Source: Octopus bimaculoides
Lineage: Eukaryota
Assembly: GCF_001194135.2 (NCBI RefSeq)
Contig: NC_068997.1
Location: 4,570,392-4,609,128, forward strand
Length of the DNA stretch: 38,737 nucleotides
Direction of reading: 5' to 3'
Shown here piece by piece: positions 1-12,503 of the stretch; within the stretch, counting starts at the first letter, position 1, and the number at the start of each line of letters is the position of its first letter. Both the position numbers and the translations under genes were made by a program. The notes beneath the pieces were generated by a model. The model was not told the DNA's origin and made no database searches. It worked only from the letters and a program-made list of their open reading frames with translations.

Positions 1-4
1 TATA

Positions 5-106
5 TATAATCAAATGAATAATAACAGACGATGGATAATTGTCATCTCATTACAGCTATAATGAGCTGACAATTATCCATTGTCTTTTATTATTCATTTG
101 ATTATA
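5..106. repeat. Near-perfect 102-bp palindrome
   Basis: 5-52 is the reverse complement of 59-106 with 3 mismatches in 48 nt; the 6-nt centre CAGCTA includes the palindrome AGCT. Confidence 0.9.
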
Positions 107-504
107 ATACACCAAGGGGATTTACGACTTGTCGGACACCCTGGAGTACAGTATTCCAATCTTTTCTGCTTCGAGGCACCCTTGCCAAGCCTTTCGGAAA
201 TATACGTCACCCCTATTAGAAAATCTAATATGACAGTTGTTTTTTGATTCAACATCAATATAACAAAACTTTGTCCTTGAATAATAACATCTATGTAGTA
301 AAACTATCTCCCTGGAATTGATAATAAAAAAATGTCTTTATTTCACTAATGTTGATATAATAATCATAAAATAGAGGACAATACAAAAATGTAATTGACA
401 ACAATGCAAAATATAAGATGACAATAATATTTACCGTTTAGATAGTATCAAAATGTATTTTTGACACTAAATGATCAATCATGATACCACATACGTATGT
501 ATAT

Positions 505-579
505 TTCGCGGCACCCCTCGGTTGATCTTGCGGCACTCAGGGTGCCGCGACACACTGGTTGGGAACCTGTACTCTAGAG
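505..579. mobile_element. Probable terminus of a hAT (Charlie-like) non-autonomous DNA transposon
   Basis: GC-rich GCGGCAC-N5-GTGCCGC hairpin (530-548), then GGTTGGGAACC (557-567, like the reverse complement of CAGTGGTTCCCAACC-type TIRs), then CTCTAGAG (572-579, matching the NTCTAGAN target preference of Charlie-type hATs). Other end not located. Confidence 0.4.
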
Positions 580-2014
580 TATACCAACAACATACAAATC
601 AACATAATGCGTGCTTTGGACCAGCCCCTAGGCGCTGAATAGGGTTGATTTTCTCTGTGTTCACAACTGGAATATCCTATTTGATACTTACCAACCATAA
701 GCCGGAACCACAGCTTTATCCAACCTCACCTGGTGCATATTTTTCAAGTACCCGATTCTACCTGAATCCTTATTTTACTATATGTGTGTGTGTGTATGTA
801 TGTATGTGTATACATACATACATACATATATATATTTATTTATATATATGTATGTATGTATATATCAAATATTTTTTATGTATCTTACTTCTATTTTCAT
901 TCCCTTACTTCCCTCCGTATTTCTTTTCTTCTCCCCAATAATTAAAACTCGTCTCTGATGAAGGGATATATAAAATATTCCAGAAACAACTGTAAGACCT
1001 TTATAAATGTTCTGAATACTATTTACAACCTTGGATTTTTTATCTCATTCTGTCAATTTATATATANNNNNNNNNNNNNNNNNNNNNNNNNNNNNNNNNN
1101 NNNNNNNNNNNNNNNNNNNNNNNNNNNNNNNNNNNNNNNNNNNNNNNNNNNNNNNNNNNNNNNNNNNNNNNNNNNNNNNNNNNNNNNNNNNNNNNNNNNN
1201 NNNNNNNNNNNNNNNNNNNNNNNNNNNNNNNNNNNNNNNNNNNNNNNNNNNNNNNNNNNNNNNNNNNNNNNNNNNNNNNNNNNNNNNNNNNNNNNNNNNN
1301 NNNNNNNNNNNNNNNNNNNNNNNNNNNNNNNNNNNNNNNNNNNNNNNNNNNNNNNNNNNNNNNNNNNNNNNNNNNNNNNNNNNNNNNNNNNNNNNNNNNN
1401 NNNNNNNNNNNNNNNNNNNNNNNNNNNNNNNNNNNNNNNNNNNNNNNNNNNNNNNNNNNNNNNNNNNNNNNNNNNNNNNNNNNNNNNNNNNNNNNNNNNN
1501 NNNNNNNNNNNNNNNNNNNNNNNNNNNNNNNNNNNNNNNNNNNNNNNNNNNNNNNNNNNNNNNNNNNNNNNNNNNNNNNNNNNNNNNNNNNNNNNNNNNN
1601 NNNNNNNNNNNNNNNNNNNNNNNNNNNNNNNNNNNNNNNNNNNNNNNNNNNNNNNNNNNNNNNNNNNNNNNNNNNNNNNNNNNNNNNNNNNNNNNNNNNN
1701 NNNNNNNNNNNNNNNNNNNNNNNNNNNNNNNNNNNNNNNNNNNNNNNNNNNNNNNNNNNNNNNNNNATATAGATAGATAGATAGATAGATATAGATATAT
1801 ATATATATACACATACATATTCAGTCTGCTATAATGAATCCGTAAACACATACAAAACATCCAAGGGTATTTTTTTCCCTCTGAAGATATTATGCTCAGG
1901 TCATATAAATTTTATATTTAATCAATATTTACTGAGTATTAATTGAAACAGCTGTAAAGGATGATGATTAATTTGGTGTTAATAATAAATAACTATTAAC
2001 TTCCCAGCGGTGGT

Positions 2015-2158
2015 CTTCTTTCAGTTACCGTCTACTAAGTAAATTCACTCAAAAAGATTTTATCGACACTTTAGTAAAAGATACTTGCCCAAACTTCCAC
2101 ACAGTGGACTGAACACGAAACCATGCGGTTGAGAAGCAAGGTTCTTACCAAACAGCCA
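2015..2158 (-). mobile_element. SINE family A head (diverged)
   Basis: Reverse complement of the head seen at 3241 and 10226 (TGGTAAGAAG...GTTCAGTCCCACTG...GGAAACTGAAAGAAG). Confidence 0.75.
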
Positions 2159-2162
2159 TAAA

Positions 2163-2211
2163 TCTCACATACGCGCATATACATACATATATACATACAT
2201 ACATGCATGCA

Positions 2212-2245
<34 letters not shown>

Positions 2246-2690
2246 CATACATACATACATACATACATACATACATACATACATACATGCATACATACAA
2301 CATACATACATACATACATATATCTTTTAGCTTTTACTTGTTTCAGTCGTCGAACTGTACCCATGCTGGTGCTCTGCCTAGAATAGTCTTAGTCGAACAA
2401 ATCGACTTTAGAACATATTTGGAAGTCTTGTACTTATTCTATCGGTTCTTTTGCCGAAATGCTAAGTTAGGTGACGGAAATCAGCCAACGCCGGTTGTCA
2501 AGCGGTTACGGGCGACGAACACGAAGACACAAACTCACATAGATATATACAGGTATGTATATATATATGCATGCTTGTATGTATGTATGTATGTATGTAT
2601 GTATGTATGTATGTATGTATATATGTATGTATGTATGCATGCATGTATTATGTAAGTATGTATGTATGTATGTATGTATGTATGTATGTA
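2163..2690. repeat. (CATA)n and (TATG)n microsatellites flanking the SINE A tail
   Basis: Direct reading of 2170-2320 and 2550-2690. Confidence 0.95.
2323..2545 (-). mobile_element. SINE family A tail
   Basis: Reverse complement of the tail at 3890-4085 (CTTGACAACCG...CGGCAAAAG...GACTGAAACAAGTAAAAG), flanked by (CATA)n and (TATG)n. Confidence 0.8.
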
Positions 2691-3240
2691 TTGTAACCTT
2701 CCCAATGCACACCTGTCTTGGATGCCATTCCACTAACAGACCGGATACATTCTAATTCCAGATCCGAAATCGTGAATCGCAAAATTCAGAGCTTTGCATG
2801 CAGCACGCAACATTCGAAACTGCCAATCGATTGTGTTGCATCTTGCTATTTTATTTTACACAATTTTATTTTACATAATCCCTCCCTCCTCACTCTATCT
2901 CTATCTCCGGTTCTACATATTAAGCCTTTGAACGCCGAACGCGTCTATATCCGCTAAAAAATTTACCCACAACTTTGAGAGAGAAAAAGTACTTTCCTTG
3001 TGCTGCGAGAAGCAGAGACAGACTCGGCGACATTTTTTACAAAAGACAATTTTTCAGATTCTCTAAGTTTTTTCACATATTTCATAAGATATCGCTTTAC
3101 AGAGCAATAACCAAACACTTTTACTGGCAGATATGAAAACATGAGATGCTGAACAAGTGTTGCCGAGGCAGAAAATATCAGGTCTACGTTTTGATGGATA
3201 ATTAACATCATTACGTTAATGACCATAAGATTTAATTAGT

Positions 3241-3832
3241 AGGCGTAGCTGTGTGGTAAGAAGCTTACTTCTCAACCACATTGTTCGGAGTTCAGTCCCA
3301 CAGCGTGGCAACTTGAGCAAGTGTCTTCTACTATAGCCTCGGGTCTACCAAAGCCTTGTGAGTAGATTTTAGTAGATGGAAACTGAAAGAAGCCCTTCCT
3401 CAATTTATATATATATNNNNNNNNNNNNNNNNNNNNNNNNNNNNNNNNNNNNNNNNNNNNNNNNNNNNNNNNNNNNNNNNNNNNNNNNNNNNNNNNNNNN
3501 NNNNNNNNNNNNNNNNNNNNNNNNNNNNNNNNNNNNNNNNNNNNNNNNNNNNNNNNNNNNNNNNNNNNNNNNNNNNNNNNNNNNNNNNNNNNNNNNNNNN
3601 NNNNNNNNNNNNNNNNNNNNNNNNNNNNNNNNNNNNNNNNNNNNNNNNNNNNNNNNNNNNNNNNNNNNNNNNNNNNNNNNNNNNNNNNNNNNNNNNNNNN
3701 NNNNNNNNNNNNNNNNNNNNNNNNNNNNNNNNNNNNNNNNNNNNNNNNNNNNNNNNNNNNNNNNNNNNNNNNNNNNNNNNNNNNNNNNNNNNNNNNNNNN
3801 NNNNNNNNNNNNNNNNNNNNNNNNNNNNNNNN

Positions 3833-3890
<58 letters not shown>

Positions 3891-4085
3891 TATCACCGCT
3901 TGACAGCCGGTGTTGGTATGTTTACGTCACCGTAACCTAGCGGTTCGGCAAAAGATATCGATAGAATAAAACGCAGGTTTAAAAATAAAATTAAGTACTA
4001 GGGTCGATACATTCGATTAAAAATTCTTCAAGGCGGTACCCCAGCATAGTTGCAGTCTAATGACTGAAACAAGTACAAGATAAAG
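3241..4085 (+). mobile_element. SINE family A, full bipartite copy (tRNA-like head, internal microsatellite and gap, tail)
   Basis: Head 3241-3400 with A-box-like TGTGTGGTAAG and B-box-like GTTCAGTCC; then (TA)n, N-gap and (TG)n; tail 3890-4085. Confidence 0.8.
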
Positions 4086-4185
4086 TCAAAGATTAAGGAT
4101 TCTTGTAGGGATCAAAGACTTTTGTCTTTTGCAATTCTTCTGAAAGAATATGTTACACGAGTTACTTAATAAGAGTTTCTAATTT

Positions 4186-4390
4186 AGGTACAAGTCTAGT
4201 AATTTTGAAGAGAGGGGTTATGTGATTACTTAGATTTCAGTACTGCACTAACACTTTATTTTATCGACCCTGGAAGGGATGAAAGGCAAAGTTGAGCTTG
4301 GCAGGATCTGAACTCAAAACATAAGGAACTGAGCACACACTGCGAAGTATTTTTACCGACTTCTAACGATTCTACCAAATTGCCAACCTT
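4186..4390 (-). mobile_element. SINE family B (old, diverged)
   Basis: ATCGACCC...GGATGAAAGGCAAAGT...GAACTCA...CTAACGATTCTACC, shared with 8176-8393 and 18973-19196. Confidence 0.7.
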
Positions 4391-4420
4391 CAGCTGTAGC
4401 TTAATCAGGATTTCTAATTT

Positions 4421-4619
4421 AGACCAACGTCCAGCAATTTTAGGAGAGAAAGACGATATCATCGACCCCAGTATTTGACTGGTAATTTAGTTTATAGACA
4501 TTGGAAGGAATGAAAGACAAAATTAACCCCAGCAATCAATTTTGAGCCCAGAATCTAAGAAGCGGGATCAATACTAAAAGGTATTTTTCCGCCGCTCTCA
4601 TGATTCCGCTAGCCTACCG
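4421..4619 (-). mobile_element. SINE family B (old, diverged)
   Basis: ATCGACCCCAGT...ACTGGTA...GAATGAAAGACAAA core; in tandem with the previous copy. Confidence 0.6.
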
Positions 4620-5218
4620 TCCTTTGGTTTGTAATTTAATTATATTAAAGTTTCTGTATGATGAAGTGAGGCATCTCATTTAAAGTGTCAGTCAAAGAAT
4701 TTGATACTTAACAATCTATATACTTCAAACCTTCGACTCTGTAGTATGTAACCAGAACAAGGAATTGCATCCACGAGTTGCAAAGTGTAACTTCACTCAA
4801 GAGGTTTTCAATAAACTTATCGATCGCCTTCCAAGTTCTCGGGTGATTAAACTGTGAATATCCGGGGTTGCGATAACGAAGACGCTACTTGAAACTTGAT
4901 ACTTAACTTGAAGTTTCTAACCTGTGAACGTAATTAACTCCCTATTAATTATCCTTGCAGTGATTTAGCCGGATTGATTCACACTGATTCTTCGTTTAAT
5001 TACTTTGTTACAAAGTTTTAATTACCCTCTCCTTGCATTAAATCTATTTAACTATATTTGTTCTTATCTGTCGTATGAACTATTTCCCTCCAATCGCCCC
5101 CTTTCGAATTGCTTCCCCTCCTATGATCCCTGCTACTTCACCTGTTGTCATTTCCTTTATCACCCCTTCAAATGTTTCCAATTACCAGCATTTTAGACAT
5201 TAGTATTTAAGTTACCCC

Positions 5219-5408
5219 CATAATGTGGCGAGCTGGTAGAATCATTAGCACGCCGGGCAAAGTACTTAACGGCATTTCGTCCGTCTTTACGTTCTGAGTT
5301 CAAATTCCGCCGAAGTCGTCTTTGCCTTTCGTGGTCGATAAAATAAGCACTATCGACTTAGCTGCCCACACATGAACATACTGGCCTTGTGCCAAAATTT
5401 GAAATCAA
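5219..5408 (+). mobile_element. SINE family B with 15-bp TSD
   Basis: Head GGCGAGCTGGTAGAATC...GAGTTCAAATTCC, end CCTTGTGCCAAAATTTGAAA; flanked by TATTTAAGTTACCCC at 5204-5218 and 5409-5423. Confidence 0.9.
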
Positions 5409-5849
5409 TATTTAAGTTACCCCTCTTTAATTGCCTTCGTTGTATACCGAGTAACTTTAGAAGTATTACTTCTGCTACCGTGGGCAATATCATGAAATAT
5501 GGAATACCTACAATATTTATAATTTAACTTTTACCAAATTTCTTGATGAAATGATGAAATGAAACTAATGAGATTAAACCAGATCGAAACATGTTTGTTC
5601 TTGTCACTAGCTGTTTGTAAAGACCAGATCCACCCCTAAGTTTATCTTTATTTTCAAAACCTTGGAAGATCTGATCTTATTGAAGTTATCTAACTTTTAT
5701 TATTACTTTAAACCTCTATACGTCCCTTAGGAGTAGTTTTTCTTTCAACTCCTTATATTACATAATGTGAAAGCTTACCGTATTATCCGATGGCTCCTTA
5801 TGTTTTTAAACCCAGAGTTAATCCATATTCAACGCTTTATAACCCTATC

Positions 5850-6466
5850 GTTGACCCCCACATTAAACCCTTAATAAACTCACTATTAATCCATATTGAA
5901 GGCTTAGTGAGCCCACCATTATCCCTTAATTAAAATAAACCTATTTAAATTCGCATTAACACAATAAATCCAACACAAACTACGTTAAACCCTTAATACA
6001 CTAACATTTAACCCGCAATAAGCCCTTAATAAACCCACCATCAACTCGTAATAAACCCTTAACAACCCCACCATTAACCGAGATGAAGCCCTTAATAAAC
6101 CCATAATTAACTCATGTTGAACCCTGATTAAACCCACAATCAACTCACAATAAACCGTTAATAACCCATCATTCACCCACATTAAACCTTTCATAAACCT
6201 GCATTTAACCCACATTAAGCCGTTAATGAACCCACCACAAACCCAGATTAAATCTTTGACAAACCCACAATAAACCCGCCATTAATTCACAATAACCCTT
6301 TTATAAACTCACATTTAACCCACAAGAAATCCTTAATAAACCCACCATTTACCCACATGAAACGCTTGAAAACTCACCAGAAACCCACAATAAGCACTTA
6401 ATATAAACCTAACAATTAACCTACCTTAAACCCTTAATAATCCCACCATTAACCCACCTTGTACTC
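5850..6466. repeat. Degenerate 33-bp minisatellite built from three 11-bp subunits
   Basis: The CCCTT motif recurs at 6023, 6056, 6089, 6122 and 6155 (period 33). Consensus about AAACCCTTAAT-AAACCCACCAT-TAACCCACATT. Confidence 0.8.
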
Positions 6467-6989
6467 ACATAACACAAAACTAAGTTATGTTAATGAACAA
6501 AAAGGGTTTGTTTGTCTCTTTTTCTCCCAAAACCGTCAAACTTTCTCAGTTTTCTATTTACAATAAAGTATTTTCTTTTTTTGTTTCCATCAATCAAAAC
6601 ATTAGATAAACTATGGCTTTTTTCTTTCTTTTTTTTTATATCCAGATATAACAGGTTCGAATTTCAATAGGAAACAATTCTAATTCAATTATTTTCTCTT
6701 TTTAATTTAATCAATTTTGTTGTTGTTGTTGTCCCTATTCATGTTTTGTTCAGTTTTTGCTTTTTTATATATATATATTGCATTCTTCCACCACCACAAC
6801 TGCCACAACCAACATTAATAATAAACAATAAAATCTTGATAATTATTTTGATTAACACATATTGATTAATGAATTCTTGCCTTTTGCTAATGTTGTTGTT
6901 GTTGTTGTTGTTGCTGCATTACGGGTATTTTGTACATACTTCAAACAAACACATTACATCCACTAGGATGTAAAAAAAAATAAGTATAT

Positions 6990-7260
<271 letters not shown>

Positions 7261-7463
7261 AATAGCAATCATAATCGTTTCTTTTTGATATTCATAAAGG
7301 ACGTAAGAATCACAATAGAATTTTAAAAGAATAGAATTACGCAATGAATTCATTTAAATTAATGAAAAACTATATTTGAAATATTGAGAGCGAACGAAAC
7401 AGACGACACGTCTCACTTGCAATGACTTGCCCATAATTTTTGCAGAAAGCTAGACAAATATCG

Positions 7464-7640
7464 GTTTCAAACTTGGCGCAAGGCTAGCAATTTTAAGTGG
7501 TAAGGCTCGACAATTCGATTACATCGACTCCAGTGATCAACTGGTACTTATTTTATGGACCCTGGAAAATTGAAAGGCAAAATCAACTTCGGTTTGGTAT
7601 TTGAACTCAGAGCGTTAACGATTCTGCCAGCTGGCCATCC
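7464..7640 (-). mobile_element. SINE family B (internally deleted)
   Basis: TTTCAAACTTGGCGCAAGGC...GATTACATCGAC...CTGGTACTTATTT...GAACTCAGAGCGTTAACGATTCTGCCAGCT. Confidence 0.8.
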
Positions 7641-7644
7641 TCAG

Positions 7645-7850
7645 TAATCCTTTCTGTTATAGGCGCAAGACTTAGAACTTAGGGAAGGGAGCAAGTTGAT
7701 TACACCAGCTCCAGTTCTCAACTGGTCCTTATCGACCCCGGAAGAATGAAAGGCAAAGTCGACCTCGGCGGAATTTGAACTCAAAGCGGAATGACGGATG
7801 AACTGCCCCTAAACATTTTGTCTGACGTTGACGATTCTGCCAGCTAGCCA
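7645..7850 (-). mobile_element. SINE family B
   Basis: GAAAGGCAAAGTCGACCTCGGCGGAATTTGAACTC core; adjacent to the previous copy. Confidence 0.85.
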
Positions 7851-7946
7851 TCTCTTTTATTCTCTTTTACTTGTCTCAGTAAACACACCAGCATCGGTTG
7901 TCAAGCTATGTCGGGGTGGGGGGAACAAACACAGACACACAAACAT

Positions 7947-7983
<37 letters not shown>

Positions 7984-8148
7984 AACGACAGGCTTCTTTC
8001 AGTTTCCGTCTACCAAATCCACTCACAAGGCTTTGGTCGGCTCGAGGCTATAGTAGAAGACACTTTCCCAACGTGCCACGCAGTGGGACTGAACCCGGAA
8101 CCATGTGGTTGGTAAGCAAGCTACTTACCACACAGCCACTCCTACGCC
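7851..8148 (-). mobile_element. SINE family A (head, microsatellite, deleted tail)
   Basis: Well-preserved head at 7985-8148, (CA)n(TA)n core, and tail remnant at 7851-7922. Confidence 0.9.
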
Positions 8149-8175
8149 TATTTCAATAATAATAATAATAGTAAT

Positions 8176-8393
8176 AATCCTTTCTACTATAGACATAAGG
8201 CCTGAAATTCTTGGAGAGAGGACCAGTCAATTACATCGACCCCAGTGTTTCACTGGTACTTAATTTATCGACCCCGAAAGGATGAAAGGCAAAGTCGACT
8301 ACGGTGGAATTTGAACACAGAACGTAAGGACGGACGAAATGCTGCTGAGCATTTTGCCTGGCGTGCTAACGATTCTACCAGCTCGCTCACCTT
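8176..8393 (-). mobile_element. SINE family B ending in an (AAT)n tract
   Basis: Full core ATCGACCCCGAAAGGATGAAAGGCAAAGTCGAC; head ends GCCTGGCGTGCTAACGATTCTACCAGCTCG. Confidence 0.9.
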
Positions 8394-8396
8394 AGA

Positions 8397-8431
<35 letters not shown>

Positions 8432-8879
8432 ATGATGTTTTTAATGATGATGATGATAATGACCGTTCCTTTATTAACCACAAGGAGTTTGTTAAAGGAT
8501 CGAATAAGGCGAAGTCGGAACATATGCTGCAAAACATGTTTCCCCAATGCTCTAACGGTTTTGCCAACAGGCACTACCCACACCCAATGCAAGCCACTTT
8601 CAATTTATTTGTGCAACTCACGGAGTACCCTCTTTGAACACTAGACACAGTACAAACTCTATACAGTAACCCAGTAACACAACCTACAGAGCCCATAATC
8701 TATAGTAGAGGTCATCAGCGTTTTATGCTGTGTCTCCCTCTTTCACCGAATGGCGTCTTACAAACACTCTGACCTCGCATGTTTTGCAAGAATAGCAAAA
8801 ACAAATAGCAGATTATTTTATTCAGACCTACATTTTATGCAACGTTTTATTGTACATAGGTTCTTTATTGAAAAATGCA

Positions 8880-9480
8880 GACCACAACTCAACATACTCT
8901 AACATCTCAAAACATATACTTGGACGACCCACACATAAACACAATACCCCTGCCCCTACCCCTCAGGAACACACATCCACAACAAACACACAGATACACA
9001 CACACACAAATACAATGCAATCCTCCCGCACACACACACACACACACACACACAGACGTATACACGCGCGCGCACATACACAATATCCCCACTCTCGAGC
9101 ACAGAAACACACACATTCCAAGAAAAAACACACATATACACATGCAATACGATTCTAGCAATCACAACAAACACAGACACATACATTAACACGTATACGC
9201 AAACACTTACACACACCGTCCTAACAATTACAAGACACACTCACACAAACACACCCACGCATACACACACACACACCACACAGAAAAATACAAACAAAAC
9301 ACACACACAGACGTGCTCGCACACAACATATCCCTATACCCCACCCAAAAAAAACCGCACATCCACACAAACACAGACACATACACAGGTACACATACAA
9401 ACACACACAAATACAACACAACCCACCCACACATACACGCATATATACACACATAAACACAATACGCCCACTTCCCAGTA
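8880..9480. repeat. Degenerate CA-rich low-complexity tract
   Basis: Interrupted (CA)n; explains the T/H- and C/V-rich ORFs here. Confidence 0.85.
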
Positions 9481-9560
9481 AAAAAAAAAAACTGAAACAA
9501 ATACCAGATAGGAGATATAATCGTAATCTACACCCTCGAAAAGGTATCTTCTAAAATGTT

Positions 9561-9730
9561 GGCAGTGTGGTAAGAAGTCTGCTTCCCAACCACATGGTTT
9601 CGGATTCAGTCCTGCTACTCGGCACCACGTGCAAGTATCTTCTTTAGAGCCGAACCGACTAAAGCTGTGTAAGTGGATTTGGTAGACGGAAACTGAAAGA
9701 AGACCGTTATATATGTGTGTGTGTGTGTGT
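9561..9730 (+). mobile_element. SINE family A head
   Basis: GTGTGGTAAGAAG...GGATTCAGTCC...GTAGACGGAAACTGAAAGAAG followed by (TA)(TG)n. Confidence 0.85.
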
Positions 9731-10152
9731 GAAGGTAAGCTTGCTACTTACGCTATGACCAAATTTTTGTTTTTCTCCATAATAACAAGCCAATCTTTCT
9801 TTCTTGAAATGGAGGATTTTGAAACAGAGAACGCTATAAATAATAGCATATAAATATTGAGTAAAAAAAAAGACCCTTCTATACAAAAAGTTGAAGACTG
9901 TTCATGGGACTACAACCTACATCTCCTGTAAACATGACAGGCGTTCTATTATTTGTAGCTTTATCTACGTCGAGACACATCTTTCCAAAAGAGAATTATT
10001 TTGCATTCTCTTGAAGTTTACAAAGTCTTATGATGTCAAAAATGATTATTTGTCAGCTGGCATGATACCACAGCGGAAACTGAAAAACTACAGAGATGTG
10101 TCCATAATTACTGAATGAACAGCTAAACTAAGCTAAATTGGCTGATATGTCG

Positions 10153-10628
<476 letters not shown>

Positions 10629-10650
10629 TTTTCGCGCCCAGGAAAATACA

Positions 10651-10975
10651 TTGGATGTACTGGGAATTCTTTCAAGCAACGTATTTCCAGCCATAAATTT
10701 TCCTTCAGGAAAAGAGATATGTAACCCGGAAAAGAGATATGTAACATCACTGGCCAGTCATGTCTGGCAACTAAGAGACGACGGAATCCCACACTCGATC
10801 CCGTGGAAAATCCTGGAAAACCCAAGCCCCTACATCGACGGGATGAAACGTTGCAAGTTATGCATAGCGGAACGCGCGAGTATCCTAAAAGACTCGCTCC
10901 AGCCAGGGAGCATCCTTACCTCCAGAACGGAGATTTTCGGGCGATGTTTGCATTTTAGGAAATTCCATCTGGCGT
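10651..10975 (+). pseudogene. Penelope-like element GIY-YIG endonuclease, C-terminal fragment
   Basis: TSLASHVWQLR...WKILE...PY...KRCKLCIAERASI...LTSRTEIFGRCLHFRKFHL fits the CxLC..EK..I...LN.R.E...CxH pattern of PLE endonucleases; recognised by motif memory only. Confidence 0.75.
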
Positions 10976-11299
10976 TTTGGAATTCGCATTTGGCGGCACA
11001 ACCAGAAGTCGATAGCCAATGACAAAGGAGGATAAACTTCTATTGTTTACCTTCGTAGCCTTTTTGAGTCAGCAAGATGGCGGCCAGCCGGAAGTCGATA
11101 GTCGGTAGCCAATGGCAAAGGGAGAGAATCCCCTTGTTTACATTTGAAATGAGGCCTTTCCAAGGTAATCCCATAAACAGGCCTTCACCAGTAAAATATA
11201 TTCTGCTCTACATTTTAGAGTATGCTTCTTCTCCGGGTTTGTTTTCTACAAACAACATATATATATATATATATACATACATACATACATACATGCATA

Positions 11300-11436
11300 T
11301 TCTTTCTTCTTTTATTTGTTTCAGTCATTTGACTGTGGTCATGCTGGGCCACCGGCTACATTCGAACAAATCGGCCTCAGGACTTATTCTTTGTGAGCCT
11401 AGTACTTACCCTCTCGGTCCCTTTTGCCGAACAGCT
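11300..11436 (-). mobile_element. SINE family A distal tail
   Basis: TGTTTCAGTCATTTGACTGTGGTCATGCTGG...AGTACTTA...TTTTGCCGAAC; abuts the PLE RT fragment. Confidence 0.85.
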
Positions 11437-11768
11437 GAATCTGAGGCTCCCATGGTCATGTCGAAGTTGTTAGGGGTGTCCTTTCTTTTTACCCAGAGTT
11501 TATTATCGAAACTTATCACTGATTTCCTCGCTTCTAATATTACGTTAATTTCCTTCCTAGTTAATTGGGTGTGATTTTTGGCGAATATAAGGGCGCTATT
11601 TAGGATCGTAGGGTCAATAGATGAATAGTAATCTACTATGTCTATTTGTAGGAATTTGTAGTTTATCTTGTTTTGGATTCTGGAGAACCAGTTTAGGGCT
11701 TCATACGTGTTGGACCATAGTTCTAGGGCTACCATATTCCTTAGCTTAGGGATGTATTTGTCTTTAAA
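11433..11768 (-). pseudogene. Penelope-like reverse transcriptase fragment (up to motif B)
   Basis: LWSNT..ALNWF..I.NK...KFLQIDIVDYYSSI...LNSALIFAK...ARKS...WVKRK...FDMTMGASDSA resembles the FDIVxFYPSI / FDVTMGSYDGAE type of PLE RT; truncated by a SINE tail. Confidence 0.8.
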
Positions 11769-11891
11769 AAAATCAATAGAAACAATGTTAAGGTTCATAC
11801 ACAAATAACCAACAATATTACAAACAATAACAGAAGGTATACTAACAACGTAAAAATCAATAAAATTAAGAATACTAACACGACCAATAGA

Positions 11892-11894
<3 letters not shown>

Positions 11895-11955
<61 letters not shown>
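11895..11955. repeat. (AAT)n microsatellite
   Basis: Direct reading. Confidence 0.97.
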
Positions 11956-12032
11956 TTCTTTCACTAGGTAACCAACATAGAATTAGGCGAGAAGATTTTC
12001 TTGAATCACTGTTTTTCCTGTAGTTTCCAATC

Positions 12033-12503
12033 CTGTTGTTGGCACTCCGTCGCTTACGACGTCGAGGGTTCCAGTTGATCCGATCAACGGAACAGCCTGC
12101 TCGTGAAATTAATGTGCAAGTGGCTGAGCACTCNNNNNNNNNNCGTCGAGGGTTCCAGTTGATCCGATCAACGGAACAGCCTGCTCGTGAAATTAATGTG
12201 CAAGTGGCTGAGCACTCCACAGACATGTGTACCTTTAACGTAGTTCTCGAGGATATTCGGCGTGACACATTGTGACAAGGCTGACCCTTTGAATTACAGG
12301 CACAAGAGAAACAGGAAGTAAGAGTGAGAGAAAGTTGTGGTGAAAGAGTACAGCAGGGTTTGCCACCATCCCCTGCCGGAGCCTCATGGAGCTTTAGGTG
12401 TTTTCGCTCAATAAACACTCACAACGCCCGGTCTGGGAATCGAAACCGCGATCCTATGACCGCGAGTCCGTTGCCCTAACCACTGAGCCATTGCGCCTCC
12501 ACG
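12033..12503 (-). mobile_element. SINE family D (tRNA-like head) with 11-bp TSD
   Basis: Head on minus: GGCGCAATGGCTCAGTGGTTAGGG...GGTTTCGATTCCC (A and B boxes). TSD AGTTTCCAATC at 12022-12032 and 12504-12514. Shares its 3' body with family C. Confidence 0.9.

Noticed and set aside
2919-2960. TTAAGCCTTTGAACGCCG as a piggyBac-like terminus
   Set aside because: No matching opposite end or second TTAA boundary was found.
11145-11195. TGAGGCCT...AGGCC stem in the PLE 3' region as a hammerhead
   Set aside because: Both conserved core boxes are absent.
12430-12503. tRNA gene-like sequence (also 24790-24860 and the family A and B heads)
   Set aside because: A and B boxes are present but no complete cloverleaf, and each is fused to a repeated body, some with TSDs; these are SINE heads.
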